A stretch of DNA of 64,000 nucleotides. Origin: Alphaproteobacteria bacterium (GTDB lineage: Bacteria; Pseudomonadota; Alphaproteobacteria; UBA2966). The notes beneath the pieces are model-generated. The model did not search any database, was not told the origin of the DNA, and worked only from the letters and a program-made list of their open reading frames with translations. The stretch covers positions 832,001 to 896,000 of the forward strand of contig OZ219856.1 of NCBI GenBank assembly GCA_964291395.2. The letters are read 5' to 3'. Below are positions 18,961 through 30,093 of the stretch, piece by piece. Position numbers and translations under genes: made by a program. The number at the start of each line of letters is the position of its first letter. Position 1 is the stretch's first letter.

Positions 18961-20049
18961 ATGGCACCCAAGATCGCACCACCGGTCCGTTTCGGTGTCC
19001 TGAGTTTCGCGATGTATCACGCGAACTTCTGGTCACGTGCCGTCGCGGACTCCGAGTTGGCGACGCTCGTCGGGATTTGGGACGAGAGCGCCGGGCGCGG
19101 CGAGGCGGCGGCGAAGGAGTACGGGACGGCGTATTGGGCGGATCTCGACGCGCTGTTGGGGGCGTGCGACGCCGTCGCGATCACTTCGGAAACGCTCAAT
19201 CACGTGGAGCTTGCGGAACGGGCCGCGGCGCGCGGGTGTCACATCCTGGTTGAAAAGCCTTTGGCGACGACGATGGAGGGGTGCGACCGCATACAGGCGG
19301 CGGTCGAACGGGCGGGGGTCTCGTTCATGCAGAGTTTCCCGAAACGTTTCGATCCCGTGAATCACGAGCTCAAGCGTCTCGTCGATGAAGGGGAACTCGG
19401 CCGCATCACCCTGATGCGCGTTCGGCACGGTCATCTGTACGGGTTGATGAGCGGCGTTGCCCATTCGGGATGGCCCGAGGATCCCGTCCTGTCGGGTGGG
19501 GGATCGCTGCTCGACGAGGGCGTCCACGGGGCGGATTTCATTCGCTGGATGTTGGGCGAGCCCGACGCGGTCATGGCGACCGTCGCCTATCCCATGGGGC
19601 ATCGGGTCGAGGATCTGGGCCTGGCCGTTTTTACTTTCGATGACGGCCCCGTCTGCGAGCTCGCGTCGAGCAACACGTTTGCCGCGGGCGACAACTCGAT
19701 CGAGATATTCGGTACCGGGGGCACGGCGGTTCTCACGGGCGTCGACCTGGCGTCCCGCGACGTGACGGAGGGGGCGTACCTGAAGGTTTGTCGCCTCACC
19801 GAGGAGAACTTGCGGGACGTCACGACCCGGCGTTGGACGGTGTCGGACATCGTCCCTCGATTCAAGACCACGCCCCAGTTTCATCAGCAGAACCCGCTGC
19901 GGTTCCTCGACGCCCTGACGAAGGGGGTCGCGCCGCCCAACACGATGGAAGACGGGCGGCGTTCGCTGCAGATGATCCTGTCCGCATACGAGTCGGCGAG
20001 AACCGGCCGGACCGTTCGGATACCCGGGAATACCCGGTCGGTGGAGTAG
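18961..20049 (+). CDS. Gfo/Idh/MocA family oxidoreductase
   Basis: HILVEKPLA, RFDP, GGGSLLDEGVHGAD. Confidence 0.92.
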   Translation: MAPKIAPPVRFGVLSFAMYHANFWSRAVADSELATLVGIWDESAGRGEAAAKEYGTAYWADLDALLGACDAVAITSETLNHVELAERAAARGCHILVEKPLATTMEGCDRIQAAVERAGVSFMQSFPKRFDPVNHELKRLVDEGELGRITLMRVRHGHLYGLMSGVAHSGWPEDPVLSGGGSLLDEGVHGADFIRWMLGEPDAVMATVAYPMGHRVEDLGLAVFTFDDGPVCELASSNTFAAGDNSIEIFGTGGTAVLTGVDLASRDVTEGAYLKVCRLTEENLRDVTTRRWTVSDIVPRFKTTPQFHQQNPLRFLDALTKGVAPPNTMEDGRRSLQMILSAYESARTGRTVRIPGNTRSVE

Positions 20050-20142
20050 CGTTGCCAATTTGGGAGCGGTAGCTTCTAATTCGAGACTCAGCACGAGTCC
20101 CCGGGCTCGATCGCCCTAGAGAGGAAAGAGAAGAGAGGACCG

Positions 20143-21195
20143 ATGAACAAGTCGACCAACAGAGGAATTACCCGCCGAGACGCCCTGAAAACTACCGGGG
20201 CCGCGGCGGCGGCCGGTGCGGTCGTCACCGGCTTTCCGGCGCTTACACGCTCGGCGCAGCAGAAGAAGTTTCTGAAACCGATCGTCGCGGGCCTGAACGG
20301 CCGGCCGGGCGATCCGTCCTATATATCGGTCTCGGAAGTTCCGCGGATTCTGGCCGAGAAGTACGACATCGAGGTCAAGTTCGAGGTGCATCACTCCTCG
20401 ACGCTGGGTACGGATCTGTCCCAGCTCGAGGCGGTGCAGACCGGCTTCATCGACGTTACCAGCAACGTGACGGCGCAATTCTCCAAGTTCGATGAGTCGT
20501 TCGCGTTCGTCGATCTGCCTTACATCATCACGAGCTGGGACCAGTATCTGCAGGTCACCAAGAGCGATGCCTGGAAGCAGCAGGCCGCGAGATTCGAGAA
20601 GAAGGTGCCCGTGAAGGTGCTGCCGCCTGTCGGTGCCGGGGGCTTCCGGCTGTTGTGGAATAACGTTCGTCCACTGCCGGACCCGAGCGCCGTGCAGGGC
20701 CTCAAGTTCCGCACGGTCACGTCGCCGATCGCGATCGAGCTGGTGAAGGCGTGGGGCGGCAATCCGACGTCGATGCCGTGGACCGAGACGTACACGGCTC
20801 TTCAGCAAAAGGTCGTACAAGGCTTCCACGTGCAGCCGATCTGGACCTACAAGTTCAACATGTTCGAAGTGCTCAAGTACGCGACGGAAGTGAAGGCCAT
20901 CTTCGGAATCCAGTTCCAGGTCATGAACGTCAACACCTGGAACGCGATTCCCGAGGATATCCAGGGACCCATGATGATGGCGTTCCAGGAAGCCGCCGAT
21001 CTCGGCAACACCGCCGACCGCGACTCCGAAGACGGCTTCAAGGACAAGCTTCGCGAGGAGGGCATGGAGATCTACACGCCTTCGGCCAAGGAATACGCGG
21101 AGTGGCGTTCCCGGGGCGAAGGCATTTGGGACAAGGTCGGCGTAGGCTCGAGCATCGACAGGAGCCTGGTCGATGCCGTCGTCGAGATGGGCTGA
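20143..21195 (+). CDS. dctP: TRAP transporter substrate-binding protein (Tat-exported)
   Basis: TRRDALK Tat motif, GLKFRT, GGNPTSMPWTETYTALQQKVVQG. Confidence 0.9.
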   Translation: MNKSTNRGITRRDALKTTGAAAAAGAVVTGFPALTRSAQQKKFLKPIVAGLNGRPGDPSYISVSEVPRILAEKYDIEVKFEVHHSSTLGTDLSQLEAVQTGFIDVTSNVTAQFSKFDESFAFVDLPYIITSWDQYLQVTKSDAWKQQAARFEKKVPVKVLPPVGAGGFRLLWNNVRPLPDPSAVQGLKFRTVTSPIAIELVKAWGGNPTSMPWTETYTALQQKVVQGFHVQPIWTYKFNMFEVLKYATEVKAIFGIQFQVMNVNTWNAIPEDIQGPMMMAFQEAADLGNTADRDSEDGFKDKLREEGMEIYTPSAKEYAEWRSRGEGIWDKVGVGSSIDRSLVDAVVEMG

Positions 21196-21220
21196 CCGTT
21201 CCCGGCCGGCCGTGACTTCG

Positions 21221-21251
21221 AAGGGCCCCGCGGACGCGGGGCCTTTCTCTT
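21221..21251 (+). terminator. Rho-independent terminator
   Basis: AAGGGCCCCGC-GGAC-GCGGGGCCTTT followed by CTCTT after dctP. Confidence 0.75.
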
Positions 21252-21356
21252 GTGTGCCGGAAATGGCGGAGGGTCTCCCCGGCGTGCCGCAACCGCGTCT
21301 GGTCCTACGGCTTCGTTCGCCGCCGGCCGTCACGTCCGGGGCGGTGCCGGCGCGGA

Positions 21357-22118
21357 TCAGCCGTCGTCGCGCGCCGCGTGGACGAGAATATTCTCGTCGT
21401 ACCATTGGACGGTATCGGCGAAGCGGCCTTCGACGGCCGCTCGGAAGGCAACCAGCGCGTCTTCGAATTCGTCCGGTTCGTAGAGAGAGAACGTCGAATA
21501 ATGCCGGTTTCTGGCCTGCTCGACGAGGCGGTCGAGCGGCGCCTCCCGGCGGTACCTCAGGCAAGTCGCGCCGGCGAACCGAAGCCCGGGGGTATCCTCG
21601 ACCGCCGCGTAGAGGCTGCCGAGCGTCTGCAGTCGCGTCTCCTTTTCGGCGAACCCGGGGAAAAACCGGCCCCAGACGCTGCGCGCGTTGTGTTCGGGCA
21701 GCCGCGTGTAGACGAACAGCCGTCCGTCTTCCGCCAGCCCGTCCCGCGATCTCCGGAGGAAATCCGGAAAGTCGAAATGATGCACGGCGTTGAAGGAGGA
21801 CACGAAGTCGTAAGCGCCGGGCTCGAGTTCGAGGCATTCGGCGCTCGACTGCCGCGTCTCGAACCTGTCGACCCCGCTGGCCTGGAGCAGCCCGTCGACC
21901 TGATCCAGCATTGCCGGGTTGGCGTCGACGCACGTCAGAGAGAGATTCGGGATCGTCTCGAACATCACGAGGACGTAACGTCCGGCGCCGCAGCCGATGT
22001 CCGCGCCTCGCGGCCGGGGCAGGTCCCCGAGTTCCCGTGCGATCAGTTTCACCGGCTCCCGGTCGGTCGTGCGGACGGACCGGTAGACCGAAGAGATCTC
22101 GGTGAAATGCCGGGTCAT
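21357..22118 (-). CDS. class I SAM-dependent methyltransferase
   Basis: ADIGCGAG, VDANPAML, YDFVSSFNAVHH. Confidence 0.9.
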   Translation of the reverse strand: MTRHFTEISSVYRSVRTTDREPVKLIARELGDLPRPRGADIGCGAGRYVLVMFETIPNLSLTCVDANPAMLDQVDGLLQASGVDRFETRQSSAECLELEPGAYDFVSSFNAVHHFDFPDFLRRSRDGLAEDGRLFVYTRLPEHNARSVWGRFFPGFAEKETRLQTLGSLYAAVEDTPGLRFAGATCLRYRREAPLDRLVEQARNRHYSTFSLYEPDEFEDALVAFRAAVEGRFADTVQWYDENILVHAARDDG

Positions 22119-22452
22119 GTCGGTTTGCGTGACTATGGCGGGTCTCCCGGGAACTTGTCGTTGCTACCCGGCGGCCGGCGTTTTACGGCTGTTCATCCGC
22201 TGCCGGGTATCACGGTTTCGAAAAGAGTCCGGACGCGTGTGAGCGAGCGGCCGAGCCTCGAGTTGCGTCGCGTCAGGACGAGCCGACCGGACTTTGCCAG
22301 AGACCGGCACCCGGGCGCAAGCTCGCCCGCAAGGAACGGCTCGGAACCGCCTTGCCGACCTCATGGCCGCGCGGACGATCAGGCTTTGGCACGTTCACCT
22401 TGCCGATATAGCGTACCTTATGTCGCGGTTTCGGTAGTTCGGTCGGGTTGTC

Positions 22453-22650
22453 GCCTGCCCGCGTCGTGCTCTCGCTGCGCCGGACACCCAACAGAAGGAT
22501 CGCCTCTCCGGCAAGGCTCACTTGGTTGCGGACATATTGGCTCGTCGGCTGAATCTTCATCCGGTCGGTACACCAGCGGAACGAGCGGTTGGGCGAGGGG
22601 TAGCCGCGGCCGATCAGATTGATCCAGAAGGTCGGGTTCTCTGGCGTCGC
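22453..22650 (-). pseudogene. dndC: internal fragment of the DNA phosphorothioation protein DndC
   Basis: In frame: TFWINLIGRGYPSPNRSFRWCTDRMKIQPT...ILLLGVRRSES. No start, no C-terminus and no other dnd genes. Confidence 0.8.
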
Positions 22651-22680
22651 GGCTTCGAAGCGGTCTGATCTCCGCTCCGG

Positions 22681-23121
22681 ATGGAAGGCGATATTGCGGT
22701 CGGTGAAAATGTGTGGGAAGTTCGCGACGATCTGGCAAGCCCCTTACCCCAAGGTACAATCAAGGTACGACATGGCCGAGACTTCCCGCCCTCGAGGCAC
22801 CGGACCGCGAGCCAGTTGACTACCAATGCGATTCTTGGCGTTGTCCTTCCGTTGGTGCTCTTGGGCGGCATCGCGTTCTTTTTTCTCACCTATCATCTGG
22901 AAATCGTCGAGGCGGGTTTCGCCCGAAGCCGTGCCGCGCTCACGGAAAATATCGTGAGAACGGACCTCATGGCACAGCCAAGCAGCGTCGCCCGCCAAAT
23001 CGACGCGTTCCTCGTCGAGCGGATCGAGAGCCCCGAGGAGATCGCCCGACTCGACGACGCGGTTTCCCGTCTCGGCCGGGCGTTCATGTCCGTCCTGGAA
23101 CGGCACCGCTACCAACGGTAG
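22681..23121 (+). pseudogene. internally deleted membrane sensor (Cache/HAMP-like) remnant
   Basis: A TM helix and periplasmic start (ARQIDAFLVERI) are joined directly to a HAMP-like end (EEIARLDDAVSRL). Confidence 0.45.
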
Positions 23122-23142
23122 TGCCGTTTCGCGGCGGCCGAC

Positions 23143-23722
23143 ATGAACCGCATCGTCGACATCGTCGAGTTCTGCGTGAACGGGCTGGAGACCGTTTCCG
23201 ACGCTCTCGAGGCAGTGCTGGAGATCTTCGATCGCATGGTGCAGTGGCTGGCCATCGCGCTGGTCGGCGTCATCGCCGTCGCCATGATCCTTCAGGTGTT
23301 CTTCCGCTACGTCGTCAATTCCTCTCTGAGCTGGTCGGAGGAGCTCAGCGTCTGGTCGCTGGTCTGGCTGGTGTTCATCGGCTCCGTCGTCCTGATCCGG
23401 AACTGGGAGCACATCAATATTCCGACCTTCGTGAACTGGCTTCCGCTCAAACTGCGCCCCTACGTCATCATCGCCGCGAGGTGCCTGTCGATCGCGTTCC
23501 TGGTGACGATGACGTATCTCGGTTTCGAGATGATCCTGTTCGGATTCCACGCGGACGCCCCGGTTCTGCATCTCTCGACCAAGTGGGCCAAGCTCTCGAT
23601 TCCCCACGGGCGGCGCCTTGATGTGCCTGTTCGCGTTGAGCGTTCTGTTGAAGGATCTCATCCGGTTGTGGCGCCGGGACTACCGGTATTTCGCGGACCA
23701 GGGAACGCCAAGTCTCGGCTAG
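23143..23722 (+). CDS. dctQ: TRAP transporter small permease (one extra C at 23602-23605)
   Basis: QVFFRYV...WSEELS...EHINI. Removing one C restores the last TM, IPTGGALMCLFALSVLL...*. Confidence 0.85.
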
Positions 23723-23753
23723 TCTCGCCTTGTCCCGCTTGACCGATTAAGAC

Positions 23754-25059
23754 ATGGAACTCGTCGGCACCTATCTGTTCATCCCGTTCGTGGTCTTGCT
23801 GGTCATCGGCGTTCCCGTCGGGATCTCCCTCGGCCCTCGCCTGCGTCGTGTTCATCTTCTTCTCCGGCTGGGGCCGTCCGCCGATGCTGCTGGTCACGGA
23901 GATGTACGTCGGCGTCGCGCTGTTCGCGCTCCTGGCCCTGCCGATGTTCGTACTCACGGGAGAGCTTCTCAACCGCTGCGAGATCACCGACAAGCTGGTT
24001 CGGCTCGCGCAATTGCTGGTCGGCTGGATTCGCGGCGGGCTGGCGCACGTCAACATCGTGACGTCCATGTTCTTCGCCGGCATCTCCGGGTCGGTGCTGG
24101 CGGATGCCGCATCGCTGGGCCCCATCCTCATCCCGGCCATGATTCGCGAGCGGTTCCCGCCCGATTTCTCCGCCGCCGTGACCGCATCGAGCGCCGTCAT
24201 CGGCGCCATCATTCCGCCGAGCACGGTGGCGATCATTATCGGAAGCCAGCTGGAGATTTCCATCGGCGGGTTGTTCGCCGGCGGGATCATTCCGGGGATT
24301 CTGGTAGGTGTCGCGCTGATGATCACGTCGTGGTTCATCAGCTGGCGCAACGATTACGGCGAGGTTCGCAAGTTCGAAGGCCCGGTCGCCGTCGTGAGGA
24401 GTTCCGGCTCCGCATTTCCCGCCCTGCTGATCCCGATCATCATTCTCGGCGGCATTCTCGCGGGCATCTTCACGCCGACCGAGGCCGGCGCCGTCGCGGT
24501 GTTCTACACCCTGGCCATCGGGACCTTCTATTACCGTTCTCTCGACTGGCCGAAGCTGCGCGCATCGATGATCGCGACGGCCAAGGTCACCGCGTCGGCG
24601 CTTTTTATCGTGGCCGTGGCGCTGGTGTTCAGCCGCATCCTGACCTTCTTCCGCATCCCGGAGGAAATCCTCAAGCTGATCCTCTCCATTTCGACCAACA
24701 AGATCATCATCGCTCTGATCATCATCGCGTTCTTTCTCGTCATGGGCACGTTCATGGACGCGGTGGCCAACATGATCATTTTGGGGCCGTTGCTGATGCC
24801 GCTAGCGACGTCGCCGCTGGGTCTCGGCATGGATCCCATTCAGTACGGGCTGTTCCTGGCCGTTGGATTGCTCCTGGGGCTGATCACGCCGCCGCTGGGG
24901 CTCCTGCTCTTCATATGCGGACCCATAGCGCGGGTGTCGCTCGAGCGGACGGCGCTCGCCGTCCTGCCGTTCCTGGCGGCGGAACTCGTCGTACTCTTGC
25001 TCATCGCGTTCGTGAAACCGGTCACCATGGCCATCCCCAGGGCGCTTGGACTGGGATGA
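23754..25059 (+). CDS. dctM: TRAP transporter large permease (one extra base near 23834)
   Basis: LLALPMFVLTGE, FAGISGS, IIPPS, FTPTEAG, ITPP. The N-terminus MELVG...GVPVGISL is in another frame. Confidence 0.88.
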
Positions 25060-25133
25060 CATTTCCTGTTGTCTGCGACCCTCGTTCGGCTTACGGTTCG
25101 CGCGGGATTCAACAACGGAAAGGAGGTGATCCA

Positions 25134-25214
25134 ATGTCGAGTGATATGTGTGCTGTGTCGATCAGCCTTGGTGTTCATCACGGGCGGAGGAGCAGCCTCT
25201 TCGGCCGGTGCTGA
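25134..25214 (+). CDS. putative 26-aa peptide behind an extended SD sequence
   Basis: AAAGGAGGTGATCCA immediately before the ATG; MSSDMCAVSISLGVHHGRRSSLFGRC*; terminator downstream. Confidence 0.4.
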   Translation: MSSDMCAVSISLGVHHGRRSSLFGRC

Positions 25215-25257
25215 CACCGGATCGTGTGATCAGGGCTTTTCGACAGGCCCATTCACG

Positions 25258-25289
25258 GAAAGGCGGCCTGCGGGCCGCCTTTCTCATTC
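25258..25289. terminator. Rho-independent terminator (possibly bidirectional)
   Basis: GAAAGGCGGCC-TGCG-GGCCGCCTTTC between convergent genes. Confidence 0.75.
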
Positions 25290-25332
25290 GGGGGGTCGTT
25301 GCTTGACGGGCCGTTCGGGTCCCCTGCAAGCC

Positions 25333-26514
25333 TCAGCCGGCGAACGCCGAGATACCCGTTTGCGCGCGACCGAGGACGAGGGCGTGGATATCGTGCGTGC
25401 CCTCGAGCGTGTTGACGACTTCCATGTTCATGATGTGACGGATCACCCCGAATTCGTCGGAGATCCCGTTGCCGCCCAGCATGTCACGCGCCGTCCGCGC
25501 GATCTCCAAGGCTTTTCCCGCATTGTTGCGCTTCACGAGCGAGATCATCTCCGGCGTCGCGCGCCCTTCATCGGAGAGCCGGCTGATACGCAATGCCGCC
25601 TGCAGGCCCAGAGAGATCTCGGCCTGCATGTCGGCGAGCTTCCTTTGGATCAGTTGGGTCGCCGCCAGCGGCCGCCCGAACTGTTTGCGATCGAGCGCAT
25701 ACTGCCGGGCGGTATGCCAGCAGAATTCCGCGGCTCCCATGACGCCCCAGCCGATCGCGAAGCGGGCGCGAGTCAGGCATGACAGCGGCGCACGGAGACC
25801 GCGAGCCAAAGGCAAGCGGTTCTCCTCCGGGATGAAGACGTCGTCCATGACGATCTCGCCGGTCGGCGACGCGCGCGCCCCGAACTTGCCCCGCAAGGGC
25901 GGCGTGTCCATGCCGGTCATTCCGCGCTCCGCCAGAAAACCGCCGACCTCGCCCTCGTCGTCCCTCGCCCAGATCACCATGACGTGAGCGATCGGAGCAT
26001 GCGTGATCCATATCTTGGTCCCGTTGAGCCGGTAACCGCCTTCAACGGAGCGGGCTCGCGCCTCCATACCCGAGGGATCGGAGCCGTGATTGGGTTCCGT
26101 CAGGCCGAAACAGCCGAGGACTTCTCCTTTGGCCATCGCCGGTAGAAAACGCTGTTTCTGCTCCTCGCTTCCGAAGGCGTGTACGGCGCCCATGGCGAGG
26201 CCGGAGTGTGCGCCGACGGCCATGCGAAACGCGGAATCGACACGTTCGAGCTCGCGACCCACGACACCGTAAGCGACGTGGCTGAGGCCGGGGCACCCAT
26301 ACCCCTCGAGCGTCCCGCCGAGGAATCCCATCTCGGCGAACTCGCGCATAATCCCGCTATCGAACCGTTCGTGGCGGTTCCACTCCAGGATCAGGGGCGC
26401 CAGCCGGTCTTGCGCGAACCGGCGGGCGACGTCCCTGATGAGGCGCTCCTCCTCGTCGAGCTGATCGTCGAGAAGAAGCGGATCGCTCCAGTCGAACGCG
26501 GTCTCGGCGGCCAA
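25333..26514 (-). CDS. gcdH: glutaryl-CoA dehydrogenase-like acyl-CoA dehydrogenase
   Basis: [52 protein letters not shown]. Confidence 0.85.
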   Translation of the reverse strand: MAAETAFDWSDPLLLDDQLDEEERLIRDVARRFAQDRLAPLILEWNRHERFDSGIMREFAEMGFLGGTLEGYGCPGLSHVAYGVVGRELERVDSAFRMAVGAHSGLAMGAVHAFGSEEQKQRFLPAMAKGEVLGCFGLTEPNHGSDPSGMEARARSVEGGYRLNGTKIWITHAPIAHVMVIWARDDEGEVGGFLAERGMTGMDTPPLRGKFGARASPTGEIVMDDVFIPEENRLPLARGLRAPLSCLTRARFAIGWGVMGAAEFCWHTARQYALDRKQFGRPLAATQLIQRKLADMQAEISLGLQAALRISRLSDEGRATPEMISLVKRNNAGKALEIARTARDMLGGNGISDEFGVIRHIMNMEVVNTLEGTHDIHALVLGRAQTGISAFAG

Positions 26515-26524
26515 CGGTCGGCTG

Positions 26525-27727
26525 CTACACCCGCTCGAGCACGGCGGCGATACCTTGGCCGACGCCGATGCACATCGAGACGAGCGCGTAGCGCCCGTTC
26601 TGGCGCTCGAGCTGACGGGCGGCCGTCAACGCGATCCGCGGGCCCGAAGCGCCCAGCGGGTGACCGATGGTGATGGCCCCGCCGTTGGGATTGACCCGGC
26701 TGTCGTCTTCGGCGATGCCCAGGCCTTTCAGACAGGCGAGAACCTGGGCGGCAAAAGCTTCGTTGATCTCGACCACATCCATGTCGTCGAGCGTCAGTCC
26801 GGCCCGCTCCAGCGCTTTCTTCGCGGCTGGAACCGGACCGAATCCCATGGTGCGCGGCGGCACGCCGGCTACCGCGGAAGAGACGACGCGGACACGCGGT
26901 TCGGCGCCCGCTTTCTCGCCCGCCGCGCGGCTGGCGATGATCATGGCGACCGCACCGTCGTTGATGCCCGAGGCGTTGCCCGCGGTCGTTACGCCGTCGG
27001 GAAACAGGGGTTTGAGTTTGGCGAGGCCGTCCGCCGACGTTTCTGGGCGGGGATGTTCGTCGTCTTCGACGGTCACGTCGGGCTGCTTTCGCGTTCCCGC
27101 GATGGTGACCGGCATGATTTCATCGTTATAGAAGCCGTCCGCCTTGGCGGCCGCATATTTCGACTGCGACGCCGCTGCGAAGGCGTCGCAGGAGTCACGC
27201 GTGAGCTGGAATTCCATCGCCAGGTTGTCGGCCGTCTGCGGCATCGTGTCGCCGCCGTGGTCCTGCTCGATCTTCGGGTTGGGGAAACGCGCGCCGAGCG
27301 ACGACTCGAACACGCCGAGATTCTTGGCGTAGGGCGATTCGGCCTTGCCGACGACGAACGGCGCCCGCGTCATGCTCTCGACCCCGCCCGCGACGATCAC
27401 GTCGGCCTCGTGGCAGGTTATCGCGTGCGCGGCCGTGATGATGGCGTTCAGGCCGCTGCCGCAGTTGCGCTGCAATACCGTTCCCGGGACCTCGACCGGA
27501 AGGCCGGCCAGCAGGGCCGCGTGTCGGGCAACGCACCGGCTGTCCTCTCCGGCCTGATTGGCGCAGCCGACATGCACGTCCTCTATCGAGTCCGCGCCGA
27601 ACGGCGAGTCATCGACGACGCCCTTCATCACCTGCCCGAGCAGATCGTCCGGACGGATGCGCGCGAGAGCACCGGCGTTGCGGCCGAAGGCCGAGCGGCG
27701 GCCGTCGTAAATGTAGGCGTCCAGCAT
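26525..27727 (-). CDS. 3-oxoadipyl-CoA/acetyl-CoA C-acyltransferase (thiolase)
   Basis: [36 protein letters not shown]. Confidence 0.92.
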   Translation of the reverse strand: MLDAYIYDGRRSAFGRNAGALARIRPDDLLGQVMKGVVDDSPFGADSIEDVHVGCANQAGEDSRCVARHAALLAGLPVEVPGTVLQRNCGSGLNAIITAAHAITCHEADVIVAGGVESMTRAPFVVGKAESPYAKNLGVFESSLGARFPNPKIEQDHGGDTMPQTADNLAMEFQLTRDSCDAFAAASQSKYAAAKADGFYNDEIMPVTIAGTRKQPDVTVEDDEHPRPETSADGLAKLKPLFPDGVTTAGNASGINDGAVAMIIASRAAGEKAGAEPRVRVVSSAVAGVPPRTMGFGPVPAAKKALERAGLTLDDMDVVEINEAFAAQVLACLKGLGIAEDDSRVNPNGGAITIGHPLGASGPRIALTAARQLERQNGRYALVSMCIGVGQGIAAVLERV

Positions 27728-27765
27728 GACGTATGAACCTCCCTCGTTCGATTTCGGGCTGCCGC

Positions 27766-29292
27766 TCAATCCTCGGGCGTGAGCAGCGACACCCCCAGTT
27801 GCGCCCGCCGGCGAAGCCATGGGGTCGGGCGGTAGCGCGGATCGCCCGTGATTCTGTAGATGTTTTGAAGGACTCGCAAGATCGTGGCGGGACCCACGGC
27901 ATCGCCCCAGGCCAGCGGTCCGTAGGGATAGGCGAGGGCGAGGGTGACGGCCTGATCGATGTCCTCGGGTGTCGAGGTGCGCGCCTGAGCTACCGCACAG
28001 CCGATGTTGACGATCATCGCGACCACCCGCTGGGCCACGAAACCCGGGCCGTCATTGATGACCGTCGCGGGCACGTCCCCGCCGCCGAAAAGGCCGTGCG
28101 CGGCGGCGGCCGAACCGGGCGTCGTGACCGGCGTCCGCATCAGGGTCCAGCGGCGGTTGGCGCCGAACAACGTGTCCACGGCGATGGTGCGCGTCCCGTC
28201 TAGACCCTGGTCCACGGCCGCGGTGGTAGCGTCCTCGCCGACCGGCGTGACTAAAATGAGGGCATCGCTGGACGGTCGCTCACCTCTCTCCAGCTTGCCA
28301 CCCACTTCGATGACGGCATCCCTCAGGCTTGCGGCGGCCTCTGGTTCCGCGCTGCTGATCCAGACGGGACGGCCGTCATACGCGGGGGCCTCGGGTTCCG
28401 CCTGCCCGACGGGATCGCCGTCGGGGTATTCATAAAATCCCCGGCCTACCTTGCGGCCCAAAAGGCCGGCTTCGCGCCGCAAGGACATCATCAGCGAAGG
28501 CCGGAACCGAGGCTCGCCGTAGAACTGCCGATAGATCATCTCGGTCGCGGGATGCGTGGTGTCCAACGCCGTGAGATCCATGAGTTCGAACGGTCCCATG
28601 CGGAACCCGATCCCGTCACGCAGGATGCGATCGATGTCGTACCAGCCGGCGACACCGTCTTCGACTACATGCGCCGATTCTATGGTGAACCCACGCCCGA
28701 TCTGATTGACGAGAAAGCCGGGCGCGTCGCCGACCTTGACCGCGACACGGCCCATGCGTTTGCCGAGATCGAGCAAGGTCTCCGCAACCCCCGGGCCGGT
28801 GCGCGCGCCCTCGATCACCTCGACGAGCCGCATCAACGGCACCGGGTTGAAAAAGTGCATCCCGGCGATCCGTTCCGGCTTCCGGCACGAGGCGGCGATG
28901 AGTGTGACGGAGAGAGACGACGTGTTGCTGGCCAGGATCGCGTCTTCGGACACGATCGTCTCGAGCTCGGCAAACACCTGTCGCTTGATCTCCAGATCCT
29001 CGACGACCGCTTCAATGACGATGGCGCAGGGCGCCAAGCCGTCGGCCGAGTTCACGATCTCGATGTTTCCCCGCGCCGTTTCCGCGTCCGCCGCTTCCAT
29101 GCGGCCGCGCTCCACGGCCCGGTCGAGCATCTTGCCGATGAAAGTGACCGCGTCCACCGCAGCCGCCGCGTCGGCGTCGAACAGTTTCACGTAGCATCCG
29201 CCGACGGCGGCAACTTGGGCGATACCGCGGCCCATGGTGCCCGCGCCGATGACGCCGACGATCAACTCATCACGGGTCGCGTCGATGGACAC
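27766..29292 (-). CDS. 3-hydroxyacyl-CoA dehydrogenase (PaaH-like)
   Basis: GAGTMGRG, SNTSSLS, GMHFFNPVPLM, and a duplicated C-terminal domain. Confidence 0.92.
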   Translation of the reverse strand: MSIDATRDELIVGVIGAGTMGRGIAQVAAVGGCYVKLFDADAAAAVDAVTFIGKMLDRAVERGRMEAADAETARGNIEIVNSADGLAPCAIVIEAVVEDLEIKRQVFAELETIVSEDAILASNTSSLSVTLIAASCRKPERIAGMHFFNPVPLMRLVEVIEGARTGPGVAETLLDLGKRMGRVAVKVGDAPGFLVNQIGRGFTIESAHVVEDGVAGWYDIDRILRDGIGFRMGPFELMDLTALDTTHPATEMIYRQFYGEPRFRPSLMMSLRREAGLLGRKVGRGFYEYPDGDPVGQAEPEAPAYDGRPVWISSAEPEAAASLRDAVIEVGGKLERGERPSSDALILVTPVGEDATTAAVDQGLDGTRTIAVDTLFGANRRWTLMRTPVTTPGSAAAAHGLFGGGDVPATVINDGPGFVAQRVVAMIVNIGCAVAQARTSTPEDIDQAVTLALAYPYGPLAWGDAVGPATILRVLQNIYRITGDPRYRPTPWLRRRAQLGVSLLTPED

Positions 29293-29295
29293 GGT

Positions 29296-30066
29296 TCATT
29301 CTCCCTTGAACTGCGGCGCGCGCTTTTCGATGAAGGCCCGCATGCCTTCGGCCTGGTCGTCGGTGTCGAACAGGAATTCCAGCGAACGGCGTTCCAGGAT
29401 CAAGCCCGTTTCCAATGCCGCGTCGGCGCCGGCAAGGACCGCTTCCTTCGTAAAGCGGACGGCAATCGGCGGCAGGGCGGCGATGGTCTTCGCCAACTCC
29501 AGCGCACGGTCGACGACTCTGTCGTCGGGGACGACCTCGCTCGCGAGGCCCATGTCGTAGGCCTCCCGGCCATCGATCATCTCGCCCGTGAGCAGCAATT
29601 TCATGGCCTTGTACTTGCCGACGGCGCGGGTGAGGCGTTGTGTCCCGCCACCGCCCGGCATAATCCCGACGCGGACCTCTGGCTGGCCGAACTTGGCGTT
29701 CTCCCCGGCAATGATCATATCCGCGTGCATGGCTAATTCGCAGCCGCCGCCGAGCGCATAGCCGTTCACCGCGGCGATGACGGGGTGCGGACAATCGGAG
29801 ATGACCTTCCAGAGCTGCCGAATGCCGAGAGACACCCAGTCGCGCGGACGCATCGTCGACATCTCCTTCAGGTCCGCGCCGGCGGCGAAGGTGCGCTCGT
29901 CCCCCGTGACGACGATGCATCGGACGCTCACGTCGTCGGAAAGTTCACGAAAGGCTGCGACCAAGGCCTTTCGGGTGGGCAAATCGAGGGCGTTTCGGGC
30001 TTCCGGTCTGTTGAGCTTCACCAGAGCGACGTGATCAGCGGGGTGTTCAACGAGGACGAGTGGCAC
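29296..30066 (-). CDS. enoyl-CoA hydratase/isomerase
   Basis: FAAGADL, ALGGGCELA, FGQPE, PGGGGTQRL. Confidence 0.93.
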   Translation of the reverse strand: MPLVLVEHPADHVALVKLNRPEARNALDLPTRKALVAAFRELSDDVSVRCIVVTGDERTFAAGADLKEMSTMRPRDWVSLGIRQLWKVISDCPHPVIAAVNGYALGGGCELAMHADMIIAGENAKFGQPEVRVGIMPGGGGTQRLTRAVGKYKAMKLLLTGEMIDGREAYDMGLASEVVPDDRVVDRALELAKTIAALPPIAVRFTKEAVLAGADAALETGLILERRSLEFLFDTDDQAEGMRAFIEKRAPQFKGE

Positions 30067-30093
30067 TTCCTTCCTCCTTGGCGTTGTGTTGAC

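Noticed and set aside
25119-25133. Match to the 16S rRNA 3' end suggesting an rRNA fragment
   Set aside because: Only 15 nt match and the flanks are not rRNA-like. Treated as an extended SD motif instead.
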